Shown piece by piece: positions 25,039-39,433 of a stretch of DNA of 64,000 nt. The position numbers and the translations under genes are program-made. The stretch spans positions 34,164,001 through 34,228,000 of the forward strand of contig NC_087245.1 of NCBI RefSeq assembly GCF_037042905.1, given 5' to 3'. This stretch comes from Lytechinus pictus (Eukaryota). Numbering within the stretch: position 1 is the stretch's first letter; each line of letters begins with the position of its first letter. Below the pieces are notes generated by a model that was not told the origin of the DNA, searched no databases, and saw only the letters and a program-made list of their open reading frames with translations.

Positions 25039-25122
25039 TATATAATTTAAAAGTAGATTTTAAACTGTACTTTCCCATTCTGTTCAGCCGCTTTGCATTT
25101 CGAGAATGAAAGAGAAAAAATA

Positions 25123-25535
25123 CAGGGTTCCCAGCTTTCCAAGAAAACGAAATTCCCTGGTTTTTCCCGGATGAAGTTTAAAAATTCCCTGATAATTATT
25201 TAAACCCATTTCCAGTTTCGCATGTTTTGTAAGTTGTTGGAGTGAATTACATTTATTTTCAGCAACAAATTTGTACTGCAGTCAAAGAGGCTACACTAAA
25301 AAACCACCATAACGTCATTCAGTGGATGTTGCTTTGATATGCAACAAAATATAACAGAGTCTGACTGACTACCGTGCTTTCGACATTTGGGCCAATAAAA
25401 TTTTCCTGATTTTTCCCTCATTTGAGGCATTTTCCCCTGATTTGAGGTATTTTAAAATCAAATTCCCCGATTTTTCCCTGACTGGAAAAAAGTAAAATAA
25501 TTTTCCCTGATTTCCCTGATAGGATGGGAACCCTG
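25123..25535. mobile_element. CAGGGTTCCC MITE, unit 3
   Basis: CAGGGTTCCCA...TGGGAACCCTG termini. Confidence 0.8.
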
Positions 25536-27417
25536 TAATACAATACAATGGAATACAATACATGGCCGTTAGAAAACCGCTCCTAAAAGCCGAAGTTTAT
25601 ACACAAGGATAAGGGTCTTTATTAAAGGTTATCCCAAACAAATCAGCAAGGCCTATAGATTTCAAGAAAAGGGAAATGGCTAACCTACGAAAAGTAAAAG
25701 TGTTACCAAGATCAATAGCAGACCATCAACCTTAGCTGAAGTGGATTATCTTGGTTAAAAAAGAATTATTATTAATTTTCATAATTAAAATAAAGCAAGT
25801 CGGAAAATAAAAAAAAGAGTAGTTACGAAAGAAATAAATACACTTGAATTACATTATTAATCAGGAAATTCCAATGAATAAATATATTGAACTTTTGTTT
25901 TTGCATCAGCCGTTCTGCTTCAGAGAATGAGAGAAAAAATAAATTTACCGTATTAATAGGGCAGGGAGAAATGGGATGTTGGGAAGATGTTGTGGTAATG
26001 ATAGCAGGGTCGCTGAAAAACGGACTTGTCTAACCTAGAAAATGACAGTCATTATAATATTCATGTAAAAAAAGTATCAAGCCTGAAATGAGAAGACAGT
26101 AAAGATCAAAAGTTATAAGTAATATAGAGGACGGCCAATACCAGCTGAAGTGGTTTTCCCTTGGTGAAAAATAGAAGAAACATTGTTCATATTATAAACA
26201 AAATGCATCCAGACACAAAAAAAAATTATTAGAAGTTCTGAAAAGAGGAAATACAATCGTTTATATAATTAATTAATTGTAGATTTGAATAAGTATGTAT
26301 TGGACTTATGTTTTTGTATCATTTGCTCGGCTTCCGAGAGGAAAAAAAACATATCCGGGCACAGGGCGCGGTAAAGAGGTATTCGTGAGGCTTTAAAAAA
26401 TAATTGCCAATGTAAGCAAGGTCAATAGAAGACTGCCAACATCACCTAAAGAGGTAAAAAGGATAATCATTTTAACATTATGATTAAAATGCATCAGCCG
26501 CTGGAAGAACGCAAAAAAAAACGAGGGGCTATTCTCAGTAAATACGAGCTATCAATAATATATAACAACATCATATTTACGACATAATTATGTCAACATG
26601 GGTCCACTTGGAGCTGTTTGCCTGTTTGGGTATACACGTAATATAATGTAGAATCATTAGCAATTGGTATTATGATATATTCTTTATTGAACCACCCTCG
26701 AAGGAGACTGTCAATAAGTGCTGATACGAAGTGGCTAAACTGAGTAAATAAGAATGATCATTATCAACATTGTCTTTAATCTTATCCAGCCTACAAATAA
26801 AAAATATACCACATAGATTGATTGATAACAGCCCTTGAAATCATATCAACAGTCGTGTCTGTACGCCATTGTTATCTCCGGGTCATCGTTCAGTAATTGC
26901 CTGGTCCCAAAATCGCTCCTGGATACATGGAATGAAAAAGAAACATCGTTAAGCTGCCATTAAATAACGACGACAAAATTAATATTTCAATTTTTTTTGC
27001 AATTTGTTCAATAATTTTTAGGCATTTTTATGGCAATGGATATAACGTTTTGTTTCTTCTTTTTCGAAATTATGGGGTAAATTTAGATATTTATCATATT
27101 ATATCAATGATAATGATCAGACGTTTGATAATGTTTTTAATGCTCGGCATACATTCAAGTATAATTGTAACTTGTATTGATATTATATTTTCATCACGCG
27201 TATTTGATACTGATTGATTTAATTAGGTACTTCATATAATGAGGTCGAAATGGCAGCATGGCTTTTAACTATAAAAGAGACAAACGAGATGATATATCAT
27301 TCAAAATGATATATTATTACTTACCTTTACATAGACGGAGGGTGAAATAATCAACACAAGCATCGAAACTTATTGACGATGAGATGTTGAGTACCTATGA
27401 TCATGGTGAAAGCAAAA

Positions 27418-30391
27418 TTAGTTGTTTTCTGATGAAAGGGTATTGGAGCTAGTGGTAGATAGAAGGAGAGACTGCTCTCTGATGAAAGGGTGACGAAGCT
27501 AGCGGTAAAAGGAACGGGGACTATCCGATGAACGGGTGACGAAGCTCGTGGTGGGTGATAGGAGACTAGTTGTTCTGATGAGAGGGTGAGGAAGCTCGTG
27601 GTGAAAGGAAAGAGACTAATTGCTCTCTGATGAAAGGGTGACGGAGCTAATGGTAGATTGAAGAACACTTGTTGCTCTCTGATCAAAGGGTGACGAAGCT
27701 GGTGGTAGATGAAAAGAGACTAGTTGCTCTCTGATGAAAGGGTGGTGTAGCTAGTGGTAGAAGAAAGGAGGCTAGTTGCGCTCTGATGAAAGGGTGACGA
27801 AGCTAGTGGTAGATGGATTGAGTCTAGTTGCTCTCTGGTGAAAGGGTGACGGAGCTAATGGTAGATTGAAGAACACTCGTTGCTCTCTGATGAAAGGGTG
27901 ACGAAGCTGGTGGTAGATGAAAAGAGACTAGTTGCTCTCTGGTGAAAGGGTAACGGAGCTAATGGTAGATGGAAGGAGACTAGTTGTTCTCTGATGAAAG
28001 GGTGACGAAGGAAGTGGTAGATGAAGGAAACTAGTTGCTCTCTGATGAAAGGGTGACGAAGCTAGTGGGAGTTGAAGGAGAATAGTTGCTCTCTGGTGAA
28101 AGGGTGACGAAGCTAGTGGCAGATTGAAGAACACTTGTTGCTCTCTGATGAAATGGTGACGAGGCTCTTGGTGAAAGGAGAGAGATTAGTTGCGCTCTAA
28201 TGAAAGGGTGACGAAGCTAGTGGAAGATGGAAGGAGACTGGTTGCTCTCTAATGGAAGGGTGACGAAGCTTGTGGTAGATGGAAGGAGGCTATCTGGTAA
28301 AAGGGTGACGAAGCTAGTGGTAGATGGAAGGAGACTAGTTGCTCTCTGGTGAAAGGGTGGTGAAGCTAGTGGTAGATGGAAGAACGCTTGTTACCTTGTC
28401 GCTCTCTGATGAAAGGGCGTTGAGGTTGGTGGTAGATGAAAGGAGACTCGTTGCTCTCTGGTGAAAGGGTGACGAGGCTAGTGGCAGATTGAAGAACACT
28501 TGTTGCTCTCTGATGAAATGGTGACGAGGCTCTTGGTGAATGGAGAGAAAGACTAGTTGCACTCTGATGAACAGGTGACGAAGCTAGTGGTAGATTGAAG
28601 AACACTCGTTGCTCTCTGATGAAAGGGTGACGGAGCTGCTGGTAGATAAAAATAGAATAGTTGCTCTCTAATGGAAGGGTGACGAGGCTCTTGATGAAAG
28701 GAAAGAGACTAGTTGCGCTCTGATGAAAGGGTGACGAAGAAAGTGGTAGATGGACGGAGGCTATCTAATGGAAGAGCGACGAAGCTTGTGTTAGATGGAA
28801 GGAGACTACTCTCTAATGGAAGGGTGACGAAGCTAGTGGTAGATGAAGGAAACTAGATGTTCTCTAATGAAAGGGTGACGACGAGGCTCTTGGGGAAAGG
28901 AAAGACTAGTTGCGCTCTGATGAACGGGAGATGAATCTGGTGGTAAATGGAAGTAGACTGTAATCTGAACAGGTGAAGAAGCTAGTTGTAGAAGGAAAGA
29001 GGCTATCTGATGAAAGGATGACGAAGCTAGTGGAAGATGGAAGGAGACTAGTTGCTCTCTAATGGAAGGGTGACGAAGCTAGTGGTAGATACAAGGAGGC
29101 TATCTGGTAAAAGGATGACGAAGCTAGTGGTAGATGTAAGGATACTTGTTGCTCTCTGATGAAAGGGTGACGAAGCTAGTGTTAGAAGGAAGAAGGCTCT
29201 TTGATGGATGAAAGGGTGACGAGCAAATGGTCGATTCAAGGAAACTAGTTGCTCTCTGATGGGAGGGTGACGAAGCTAGTGTTAGAAGGAAAGAGGCTAT
29301 CTGATGAAATGGTGACGAAGCTAGTGGAAGTTGGAACGAGATTAGTATCTCTCTAATGAAAGAATGACAAAGCTAGTAGTAGAAGGAAGAAGGCTATTTG
29401 ATAAAAGGGTGATGAAGCTAGTGGTAGATGGAAGAACGCTTGTTACCTGCTCTTTAGTTGTTCTCTGGTGAAAGGGTGACGAAGCTAGTGGTAGATGGAA
29501 GAACACTTGTTGTTCTCTGATGAAAGGGAGACGAAGCCAGTGGTAGATGGAAGGAGACTAGTTGCTATCCGATGAAAAGGTGACAACACTAGTTGAAGAT
29601 GGAAGGAAACTAGTTGCTCTCTGATAAAAGGGTGTTGTGGTTAGTGGTAGATGGAAGGGGACTAATTGCTCTTTGATGGGAGGGTGACGAAGCGAGTGGT
29701 AGATGGAAGGAGACTAATTGCTCTCTGATGAAATGGTGACAAAGCCAGTAGGAGATGAAGGAGACTAGTTGCTTTCCGATGGAAGGTTGATAAACCTAAG
29801 CATAGATGGAAGAACACTATTGATTGTTATCGGAAGGACTAAGAAGCTACTGGTAGGTAGAAGGAGCCTATTTGTTCTCTGATGAAAGGGTGACGAAGCT
29901 CGCGGTAGATGGACGGAGACAAGTTGCTTATTGATGAAAGGGTGACGAAGCTAATGATAGATAGGGTAAACTGCTCTCTGGTCAAAGGGGGACACGAAGC
30001 TAGTAGTAGATAGGAGGAGACTAGTTGCTCTCCGATGAATGGGTGACGAAGCTCGTAGTAGAGGGGAGGAGACTAGTTGCTACTTGATGAAAGGGTGACG
30101 AAGTTAGTGGTAGATGGAGAACGACTAGTTGCTCTTTAAAAAAATGATTACGAAATTAGTAGAAAATGGGAGGAGACTAGTTGTTCTCTAATGAAAGGGT
30201 GACGAAGCTAGTGGCAGATGGAAGGAGACTAGGTGCTCTCTGGTGGAAGGTTGACGAAGCTAGCTAGCAGTTGATGAAATGAGACTAATTGGTCTCTGAT
30301 GGAAGGGTGACGAATCTAGTGGCAGACGGAAGGAGATCAGTTGCTCTCTGGTGGAAAGAACGTTGAAGCTAGTGGTAGAAGGAAGGAGGCT
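27418..30391. repeat. Minisatellite array 3 (~3.0 kb)
   Basis: Same ~52-bp consensus in tandem. Confidence 0.97.
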
Positions 30392-32069
30392 TTATCGCAG
30401 GAAATCTGTGAAATGGAATACATATTATACATCCTTGCTCTCAAAGAATCTAACATTACAAGTAAAATTCTAGAAATACTATTGTTGCAGTCCGGTACAC
30501 ATCTTCGCTGCTAGATATCAATATAACAGTAGTAGACCCAACAATCAACCATACCTACCAGAATACTATACAACTGGCTTATGACATTTAATATTATTTC
30601 TCATTAAGGATGTAATTGGATATTCAGTTGCGTTAAACCTCCTTGGTTGTATGAGATCGTTGGATAATGATGTAAAATTGCTGTTGTTCCACGGGAAAAA
30701 TTACTCTCGCAGAGCTTGGTAGAATTTCCAATGAAGATTTTTTTCTGTCGACTTGGTTGTAGAAGCTTCTCTTGAAACCTATGTCCAGATGCATTGTCAT
30801 TCCAGCCAGACCTGTTACATAAACAAGAAATTGATATTACAATATAGTTTGGTTCTGACTGTTTGGCATTTGATATATAAAACATGCACCATGCAGATCT
30901 AGAATGAAAAAAATGTGATGGAATGTTATCACTTGATAATGATCATCCTGTTTGTTGGTGTTTATATTTATGACCTAGATCTATCAATAGAAAATATCAA
31001 ACAAATGTTGTTGCTAGTTTGATTATGATCACCGATTTTAGCCTCAGTATATAAAATAATTGTCTAAAGTCCCTTCCATGTATCTCTAAAATTCACGGCA
31101 ACTTTTCTCAAACCTATGTCTCCACCACTTTATTAAGTCAAAAGTGCATAGGTATGTGGTTCTGTAATAAAATGTCAAATCAAAATTACGAAATTTGAAT
31201 AACAGCAATGTTAATAACGAATGGTTAGATTTAGACTTAAACCAGCAATTGGTTTGTATATATAGAGAATTTGTCAAAAGAGTTCAAATGAAATAAAGCT
31301 TAATGCAATAATTCAGACGAACGAGACGATTATCATGTGCATAATTATTGATCATAATGGCTCAACGCAAAAACGAATGATCGTACGAGGACTCAACGAA
31401 TGAACGAGTGGCTGAACGTATATATTCTGAATATATGTATTAACAGTTATTTTTTCGCTAGCTGAAAGTATAACGTCAGAAGGCAAAAAGCTGAACGATT
31501 ATAAATAACGCGCAACCTCAACTTTTTTTTCAAAACAGGTCTAACTATCACAGTCATCTTGAAATTAAGTCATCTTTGGATGAAACTGCATCAATCTTTC
31601 CGAGATTATACCTATCCCAGCAAGTTTTAGTCAGGCACCCATTGGGGCGCTAGTTGTAGGATTTTTTTTCTACAAAGCTGGAATTTAACTTCGCCTCACA
31701 AATGAGCTCGATAAAATTCATATGTTTATCAAAATCATGAATTATATACTTTTCTCCCGGTAAAAACTCCTGAAGAACTTTTATCAATTTACATGACTTT
31801 GCTAAGGTTGACTGGGAGATGAAATAATTTAAATAATGATTTTATTTGACCGTCCAAAAGCCTTCTGGCTAGTGCTAAGCAGATATTTGTGTTATTCCAT
31901 CCCCGAAACGTAAACATAAAATATCTTTATTTCATAATAATAAAATTGCTCGGTTATGATAATGGTTTCTAAGTGTGATATAATGTACATGTATGAATTA
32001 TGCACTATAACTAGATTATCTTTTTCATTTTAAAATGACCAACATTATTATTGATTATAACCATCATCA

Positions 32070-32246
32070 TAGTCGAGGTGCCGTGGCCGAGTGGTCTAAG
32101 GCGCCTGGCTATACATGAAAAAGTCCGGGGTTCGATCCCCGGCCGCAGCAGCTATGCCCGTGAGCAAGGCTCTTTAATCCTGCTTTCAAATAAATGGAAA
32201 TGCTATATGCATTATTGGTAACTAGGTGTGAACTTGTTTTAAAAAA
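32070..32246 (+). mobile_element. tRNA-derived SINE
   Basis: Box A TGGCCGAGTGG (32084-32094), box B GGTTCGATCCC (32129-32139), A-tail, TSD ATCATCA (32063-32069, 32247-32253); empty site in other units. Confidence 0.9.
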
Positions 32247-33239
32247 ATCATCAACACCATGCGGTAAACATTTTGGGGATTACTTATGTACTTATTATGT
32301 ATTATCTAGATCTACTAACAGAGAGAAAGTTATGCCTATGTCTATGCCATGTATTCTGCGACTGTTACCATCTGTGCCTTTGTATGCGCCTATGGCCCTT
32401 TCCCTTCTATAATCCACGATTCTTTGCGCAACAACCATGGTAGGGTACAGTATTTATTTTACGTATATAACAAAAATATAAAACAAGTTTTCAGTTTTGT
32501 CAACATAACAAAACTATTCTTCCATGAGGTCCCTATTGGTAACGATTTCTAGATCTATTAATACATGTGCGTGGGACTGTTGTTATAACTTCCATCGAAC
32601 AAGAATTACGAGAATGGCACATAAAAAATCTGAGCATATTAAGACGAGATCTACATATAAGAAGAATCGTAATTCAAAACTATTATTGTCCTTGTCCACA
32701 TATTGACTTTGAATGGGTCTATTGCTTTTTGTCAGAATACCGATCATCTTAAACCTAAATATTTATGAACTACCCAATCTTACTCACACTTGACTTTCTA
32801 TTGAGGATTACCATGGGGAAAAATCTCCACGGAGTTTACAACTCTGTTATGGGACTGTGCACTAAACCATATAATTTTCCTTATGATAATAGTAAAGTAG
32901 AAATTCTAAAAAGGGTGCGCATAATTGAGATGGCATAATCAAATATTATACAAAATTACTTACTTATAGCACTTAAATCCTCCCGCAGTCAGATGTGTAG
33001 TGGATCGGGCAGCAAGCTGCCCTATAATTAACCAAACTAAAAACAATAATAAAATAGACAAAATCAGTGTAATAATCTCACCTGGTAAACTGTCGTAACG
33101 GATACTCGTACTTAGGCAAACGTGATGTCTGTGTCTTTTGCATACGAAACCGATTAACGAAAGTACGCCGAATCCGAGCTCACCGAACGATGTAACGAGG
33201 TTTGTCGGGGAAAAGCCTTACCACCTTTTTCTTTTAAAA

Positions 33240-34290
33240 AAAGTTGTAAAGCTTTCGGCGCATAAACACAAAAAATATTATAATGAATTCGATTACCCGT
33301 AGGTGACAACACAGCAATCTTCTTGATATGACACTACAACACTTATTAGGATATAGGCTAAGATCAAGCTTCGGTCAGGCTCCTATCGGGGACCCTATCA
33401 TTTTGCCTAATTAACTTACTCTACAAAGCCTGGCACTAAAACCTAACTGTAACCTATATCCATAAAATGTCAAAGTTTCATTAAGATCATTAAGTGAAAT
33501 TGCCGTATTGGTCTAGGGGTAAAATGGACTCACTCATACAGCAACGTTTGTTCAGTCTGGCATCTGTCCTCTCTCTCTGATTTCGTCATGTATCCACGTT
33601 CACAGCATGGACCCTACCATGTTCACAGTAACACGATTTCAGCTCCAAACAAAAAGTTCCTGTCAGATCCAGTGATAACGTATTTTTCCATAGCTCCACA
33701 AACATGTATCTGTCCGCTCATATTCACGATATTAATTTAAATTGATAAGTCAAAGGGAGAACAACCGTCCAGAGACCCATCAACAAACCTCCCGTGAGAT
33801 TCGGATTAGTCTCGGCGATGCTCTGACTTTGGAATGGTGTTTATCTAGTGCGCACACGAAAAATAGAGATCTGTTCAAGAAGAATATTGTTTACTGATTC
33901 TGCATCTGGAGTCCTTCCTAATAATATTAAACCGTATGAATATTAGGAAAGTATCGCTAAAGAATGGTACATAATGGTGTTTTTCTCCGTGTCTATAATC
34001 TAATGGATATCAAGCATTTTGGTCAGAACTCGGCAGGTCTTGTCTATATTTCTCAATTTCACCATTAGGAGGAGGCGTGACATTGTCCATGGATGTAGTG
34101 AGGTCGACGATGAATGAATTAGAACACAAACTTCTACGGGAATCGAGTCTTAAAAGTTGAAACATACTTTTCACTCCATGTCCATATTTCGAAACAAGTT
34201 CCAGATAACTTGAGGACTCCGAATTCCGTGAAACCTGTGGAATTTAAAAGAAACACACAAAATAATTATTGTAAATACCAATGATGATTA
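33240..34290 (-). pseudogene. Paralogous LRR-like remnant (unit 3)
   Basis: Nucleotide homology to 13410-14447; no long ORF. Confidence 0.35.
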
Positions 34291-35357
34291 CGAATACCGA
34301 CAATAAGAAGAGAACAACATAATGACAATCGTTATATTGGAAGACACACATAAAAAAATCACTGCACATTAAACTTGTACATATGTTGTTAATATTTGTT
34401 AAAAAAGTCAGAATGAAATGAATTCTGCTTCTGCGAGATCTATTGACACGATTGAATGATTTAAATAATACTTAACACAGGTTCTCAGAAGAATATCAGT
34501 TAACACTGATCAAGATCTAAACTACAAGCTTAAGGCAAGTCTTCAGACAAATTTGGAGAAGGAAGACAACTATTCCTCACATAAGTCAAGCAAACATACT
34601 ACAAAACAAAGTAATTCTATATGTTTTAATAGAGCACTACCAAACTTTTGAACTAGATCACCTTGAAAGTTTTGGCGGGTGACACAAAAATGTTCCGAGG
34701 GCCACACTTCCAGAACCAGACAATCCTAGACCTGTATTCACATTTTCTATTAACAAGATTTTTCTACTGGGACATTCTGTCTTTTATCAGCCACTCTCCT
34801 ATTGAGAATGAAAGAATGGAAATAAAAACTTTTTAATAGCAGGGCACACTGGGATACTATCTATAGAAGCTGTAACGGCTAGTTAGGAAGAATAGAAGAA
34901 GGGTTAAGGAATATTATAACATGCAAAGAGAGTAATGCCAATGGAAGACTGCCAATAAATGCTGAAGTAGCTATCAACTAAATCAAGTTATTGATATGTT
35001 AATCGTATAAAAACAATGTTAACAAAGGCGCTGGAAAACCTCCATCAAAAGTTGAACTGGCATTTCTGGGCAAATAAATAAAAGATATTATTAAGAGTAA
35101 GAGTAAAATCATATATTTCATATGAGCAGGAAAGTTGAAAAACCGCCGATAATCGCTGAATTAGTTACCCTTGGTGAAAAACGCATAGAGCTTGAACAGA
35201 GAATAAAGATCGTCAGATATACAAGTTACGAAAATTGTATGCCAATGTAAAAAAAATACACAATAATTTGATCATACATGATTTAAAAGTAGATTTTAAA
35301 CTGTACTTTCCCGTTCTGGTCAGCCGCTTTGCATTTCGAGAATGGAAGAGGAAAATA

Positions 35358-35737
35358 CAGGGTTCCCAGCTTTTCAAGAAAACGAAATTCCCTGATTTTT
35401 CCCTGATGAATTTTAAAAATTCCCTGATAATTGTTTAAACACATTCCCAGTTTCACATGTTTTGTAAGTTGTTGGAGTGAATTACATGTATTTTCAGCAA
35501 CAAAGTTTGTACTGCAGTCAAAGAGGCTACACTAAAAAACCACCCTAACTCGTCATTCAGTGGATGCTGTTTTGATATGCAACAAAATATAATAGAGTCT
35601 GTGTGACTACCGTGCTTTCGACATTTGGGCCAATAAAATTTCCCTGATTTTCCCCTTATTTGAGGAATTTTCCCCTGATTTGAGGTATCTTTTTTAAATC
35701 AAATTCCCTGATTTTCCTTGATGGGCTGGGAACCCTG
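35358..35737. mobile_element. CAGGGTTCCC MITE, unit 4
   Basis: CAGGGTTCCCAGC...GCTGGGAACCCTG perfect 13-bp TIR. Confidence 0.85.
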
Positions 35738-37587
35738 TAATACAATACAATGCAATACAATACATGGCCGTTAGAAAACCGCTCCTAAAAGCCGAAGTTT
35801 ATATACAAGGAAAAGGGTCTTTATTAAAGGTTATCCCAAACAAATTAACAAGGCCTACAGATTCCAATTAAAGGGAAACGGCTAACCTACGAAAAGTTAA
35901 AGTGTTACCAAGATCAACAGCAGACCATCAACATCAGCTGAAGTGGATTCTCTCGCTAAAAAAAATAATTATTATTAATTTTCATAATTGAAATAAAGAG
36001 CAAGTCGGAAAAGAAAAAAATGAGTAGTTACGAAACAAATAAATACACATGAATTGCATAATTAATCAGGAAATTAGAATAAGTACATAAATTGAACTTT
36101 TGCTTTTGCATCAGCCGTTCTGCTTCTGAGAATGAGAGATAAAATAAATTTACCATCTTAATAGGGCAGGGAGGAATGGAATGTTGGGAAGATGTTTTGG
36201 TAATGATAGCAGGGTCGCTGAAAAACGGACTTGTCTAACCTGGAAAAATGACAGTCATTAAAAATATTCATGTAAAAAAAGTATCAAGCCTGAAATGAGA
36301 AGACAGTAAAGGTCAAAAGTTATAAGTAATATAGAGGACGGCCAATACCAGCTGAAGTGGTTTCCCTTGGTGAAAAATAGAAGAACCATTGTTCATATTA
36401 TAAACAAAATGTATCCAGACAGAAAAAAAAGTATTAGAAATTCTGAAAAGAGGAAATACAATCGTTTATATAATTAATTAATTGTAGATTTAAATAAGTA
36501 TGTATTGGACTTATGTTTTTGTATCATTTGCTCTGCTTCCGAGAGGAAAAAAAACATATCCGGGCACAGGGCGCGGTAAAGAGGTATTCGTGAGGCTTTT
36601 AAAAATAATTGCTAATGTAAGCAAGGTCAATAGAAGACTGCCAACATCACCTAAAGAGGTAAAAAGGATGATCATTTTAACATTATAATTAAAATGCATC
36701 AGCCGCTTGAAGAACGCAAAAAAAAAAACGAGTGGCTATTTTAAGTAAATACGAGCTATCAATAATATATAACAACATCATATTTACGACATAATTATGT
36801 CAACATGCGTCCACTTGGAGCTGTTTGCCTGTTTGGGTATAAACGTAATATAATGTAGAATCATTAGCAGTTGGTATCATGATGTATTCTCTATTGAACA
36901 AGTACCACCCTCGAAGGAGACTGCCAATAAATGCTGATACGAAGTGGCTAAACTGAGTAAATAAGAATGATCATTATCAATATTGTCTTTAATCTTATCC
37001 AGCCTTCAAAGAAAAAAATATATCACATAGATCTATTGATCCAGCCCTTGAAATCCTATCAACATTCGTGTCTGTACGCCAGTGTTCTCTTCGGGTCATC
37101 GTTCAGTAATTGCTTTGTCACAAGATCTCTCCTGGATACATGGAATGAAAAATATTAATAATAATATTTCTTTCTTTTTTACAATTTACAAGAAATATCG
37201 CTAAACTGCCATTAAATAACGACGATAAAATTAATATTTCTATTTTTTTTACAATTTGGTAAATTTAGATAATTATCATATTATATCAATGATAATGATC
37301 AGAGGCTTGATAATGTTTTTAATTCTCGGCATAAATTTAAGTATAATTGTAACTTGTATTGATATTATATTTTCATCACGCGTATTTGATACTGATTGAT
37401 TTAATTAGGTACTTCATAAATGAGGTCGAAATGGCAGCATGGCTTTTAACTAAAAAAAGAAAAACAAGATGATATATCATTCAAAATAATATATTATTAC
37501 TTACCTTTACATAGACGGAGGGTGAAATAATCAACACAAGCATCGACAATTATTGACGGTGAGATGTTGATCATGGGGAAAGCAAAA

Positions 37588-39433
37588 TTAGTTGTTGTCT
37601 GACGAAAGGGTGTTGGAGCTAGTTTTAGATAGAGGGACTGCTCTCTGATGAAAGGGTGACGAAGCTAGCGCGGTAAAAGGAAGGGGACTATCCGATGAAC
37701 AGGTGACGAAGCTCGTAGTAGGTGAAATCAGACTAGTTATTCTCTGATAAAAGGGTGAGGAAGCTCGTGGTGAAAGGAAAGAGACTAGTTGCGTTCTTAT
37801 GAAAGAGTGACGAAGCTAGTGGTAGATGGATGGAGTCTAGTTGCTCTCTGGTGAAAGTGTGACGGAGCTAATGGTAGATTGAAAAACACTTGTTGCTCTC
37901 TGATGAAAGGGTGACGAAGCTAGTGGTAGATGAAAAGAGACTAGTTGCTCTCTGGTGAAAGGGTGACAGAGCTTATGGTCGATGGAAGGAGACTGGTTGT
38001 TCTCAGATGAAAGGGTGACGAAGGAAGTGGTAGATGAAGGAAACTAGTTGCTCTCTGATGAAATGGTGACGAAGCTCGTGGTGAAAGGAAAGAGACTAGT
38101 TGCGCTCTGATGAAAGGGTGACGAAGTTAGTGGTAGATGGATGGAGTCTAGTTGCGCTTTGGTGAAAGGGTGACGGAGCTAATGATAGATTGAAGAACAT
38201 TTGTTGCTCTCTGATGAAAGGGTGACGAAGCTAGTTGTAGATGAGTGAGACTAGCTAATCTCTGATGAATGATGAATGGGTGACGAAGCTAGTGAAAGAT
38301 AGGAGACTAGTTGCTCTCTGATGAAAGGGTGATGAAGCTAGTGGTAGATGAAGGAAACTAGTTGCTCTCTGATGAAAGGGTGAGGAAGCTAGTAGTAGTG
38401 ACGGAGACTAGTTGCTCTCTGGTGAAAGGGTGACAAAGCTAGTGGCAGATTGAAGAAAACTTGTTGTTCTCTAATGAAAAGGCTGACGAGGCTCTTGGTG
38501 AAAGGAAAGAGACTAGTTGCGCTCTGATGAATGGGTGACGAAGCTAGTGGAAGGAGAAAGGAGGCTATCTGATGAAAGGGTGACGAAGCAAGTGGAAGAT
38601 GGAAGGAAACTAGTTGCGCTCTGGTAAAAGGGTGACGAAGCTAGTGGTATATGAAGGAGACTAGTTGCTCTCTGGTGAAAGGGTGACGAAGCTAGTGGAA
38701 GATGGAAGGAGACTAATTGTTCTCTGATGAAAGCAAGTGGTAGATGAATGAAACTAGTTGCTATCTGGTAAAAGGGCGGCGAAGCTAGTGGCAGATTGAA
38801 GATCACTTGTTCCTCTCTAATGAAAGGGTGACGAGGCTCTTGATTAAATGAAAGAGACAAGATGCGCTCTGATGAAAGGGTGACGAAGCTAGTGGTAGAT
38901 AGAAGGAGACTAGTTGCACTCTGATGAAAAGGTGACGAAGCTGGTGGTTGATGAAAAGAGACTAGTTGCTCTCTGATGAAATGGTGACGAAGATAGTGGT
39001 AGATGAGGGAGACTAGTTGATCTCTGATGAAAGGGTGGCGAAGCTGGGGGCAGATTGAAGAACACTTGTTGCTCTCTAATGATAGGGTGGCGAGGCTCTT
39101 GGTGAAAGGAAAGAGACTAGTTGCGCTCTGATGAAAGGGCGACGAAGCTGGTGGAAGATGAAATGAGACTGGTTGCTCTCTGATGAACAGGTGACGAAGC
39201 TAGTAGTAGATGGAAGGAGACTAGTTGCTCTCTGATGAAATGGTGACGAAGATAGTGGTAGATGAGGGAGACTAGTTGATCTCTGATGAAATGGTGACGA
39301 AGCTAGCAGCAGATGGAAGGAGACAAGTTGCTCTTTGATGGAAGGTTGTGGAAGCTAGCTAGCAGCAGATGGAATGAGACTAGTTGGTTCCTGATGGAAG
39401 GGTGATGAAGCTAGTGGTAGAAGGAAGGAGGCT
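37588..39433. repeat. Minisatellite array 4 (~1.85 kb)
   Basis: Same ~52-bp consensus in tandem. Confidence 0.97.

Larger units (their letters stand above)
27325..33160 (-). pseudogene. Copy 3 of the repeat-exon unit with 5' end of exon 1/promoter deleted
   Basis: Splice sites retained (33082, 30811, 30405, 27325), but ~310 bp present in other copies is missing at 33159/33160. Confidence 0.45.
24486..34732. repeat. Tandem macro-unit 3 (~10.2 kb)
   Basis: Same order of segments between consecutive landmarks. Confidence 0.95.

Noticed and set aside
32077..32150. tRNA gene
   Set aside because: The tRNA-like head is followed by an unrelated body, A-tail and TSD and is absent from paralogous sites, so it is a SINE.
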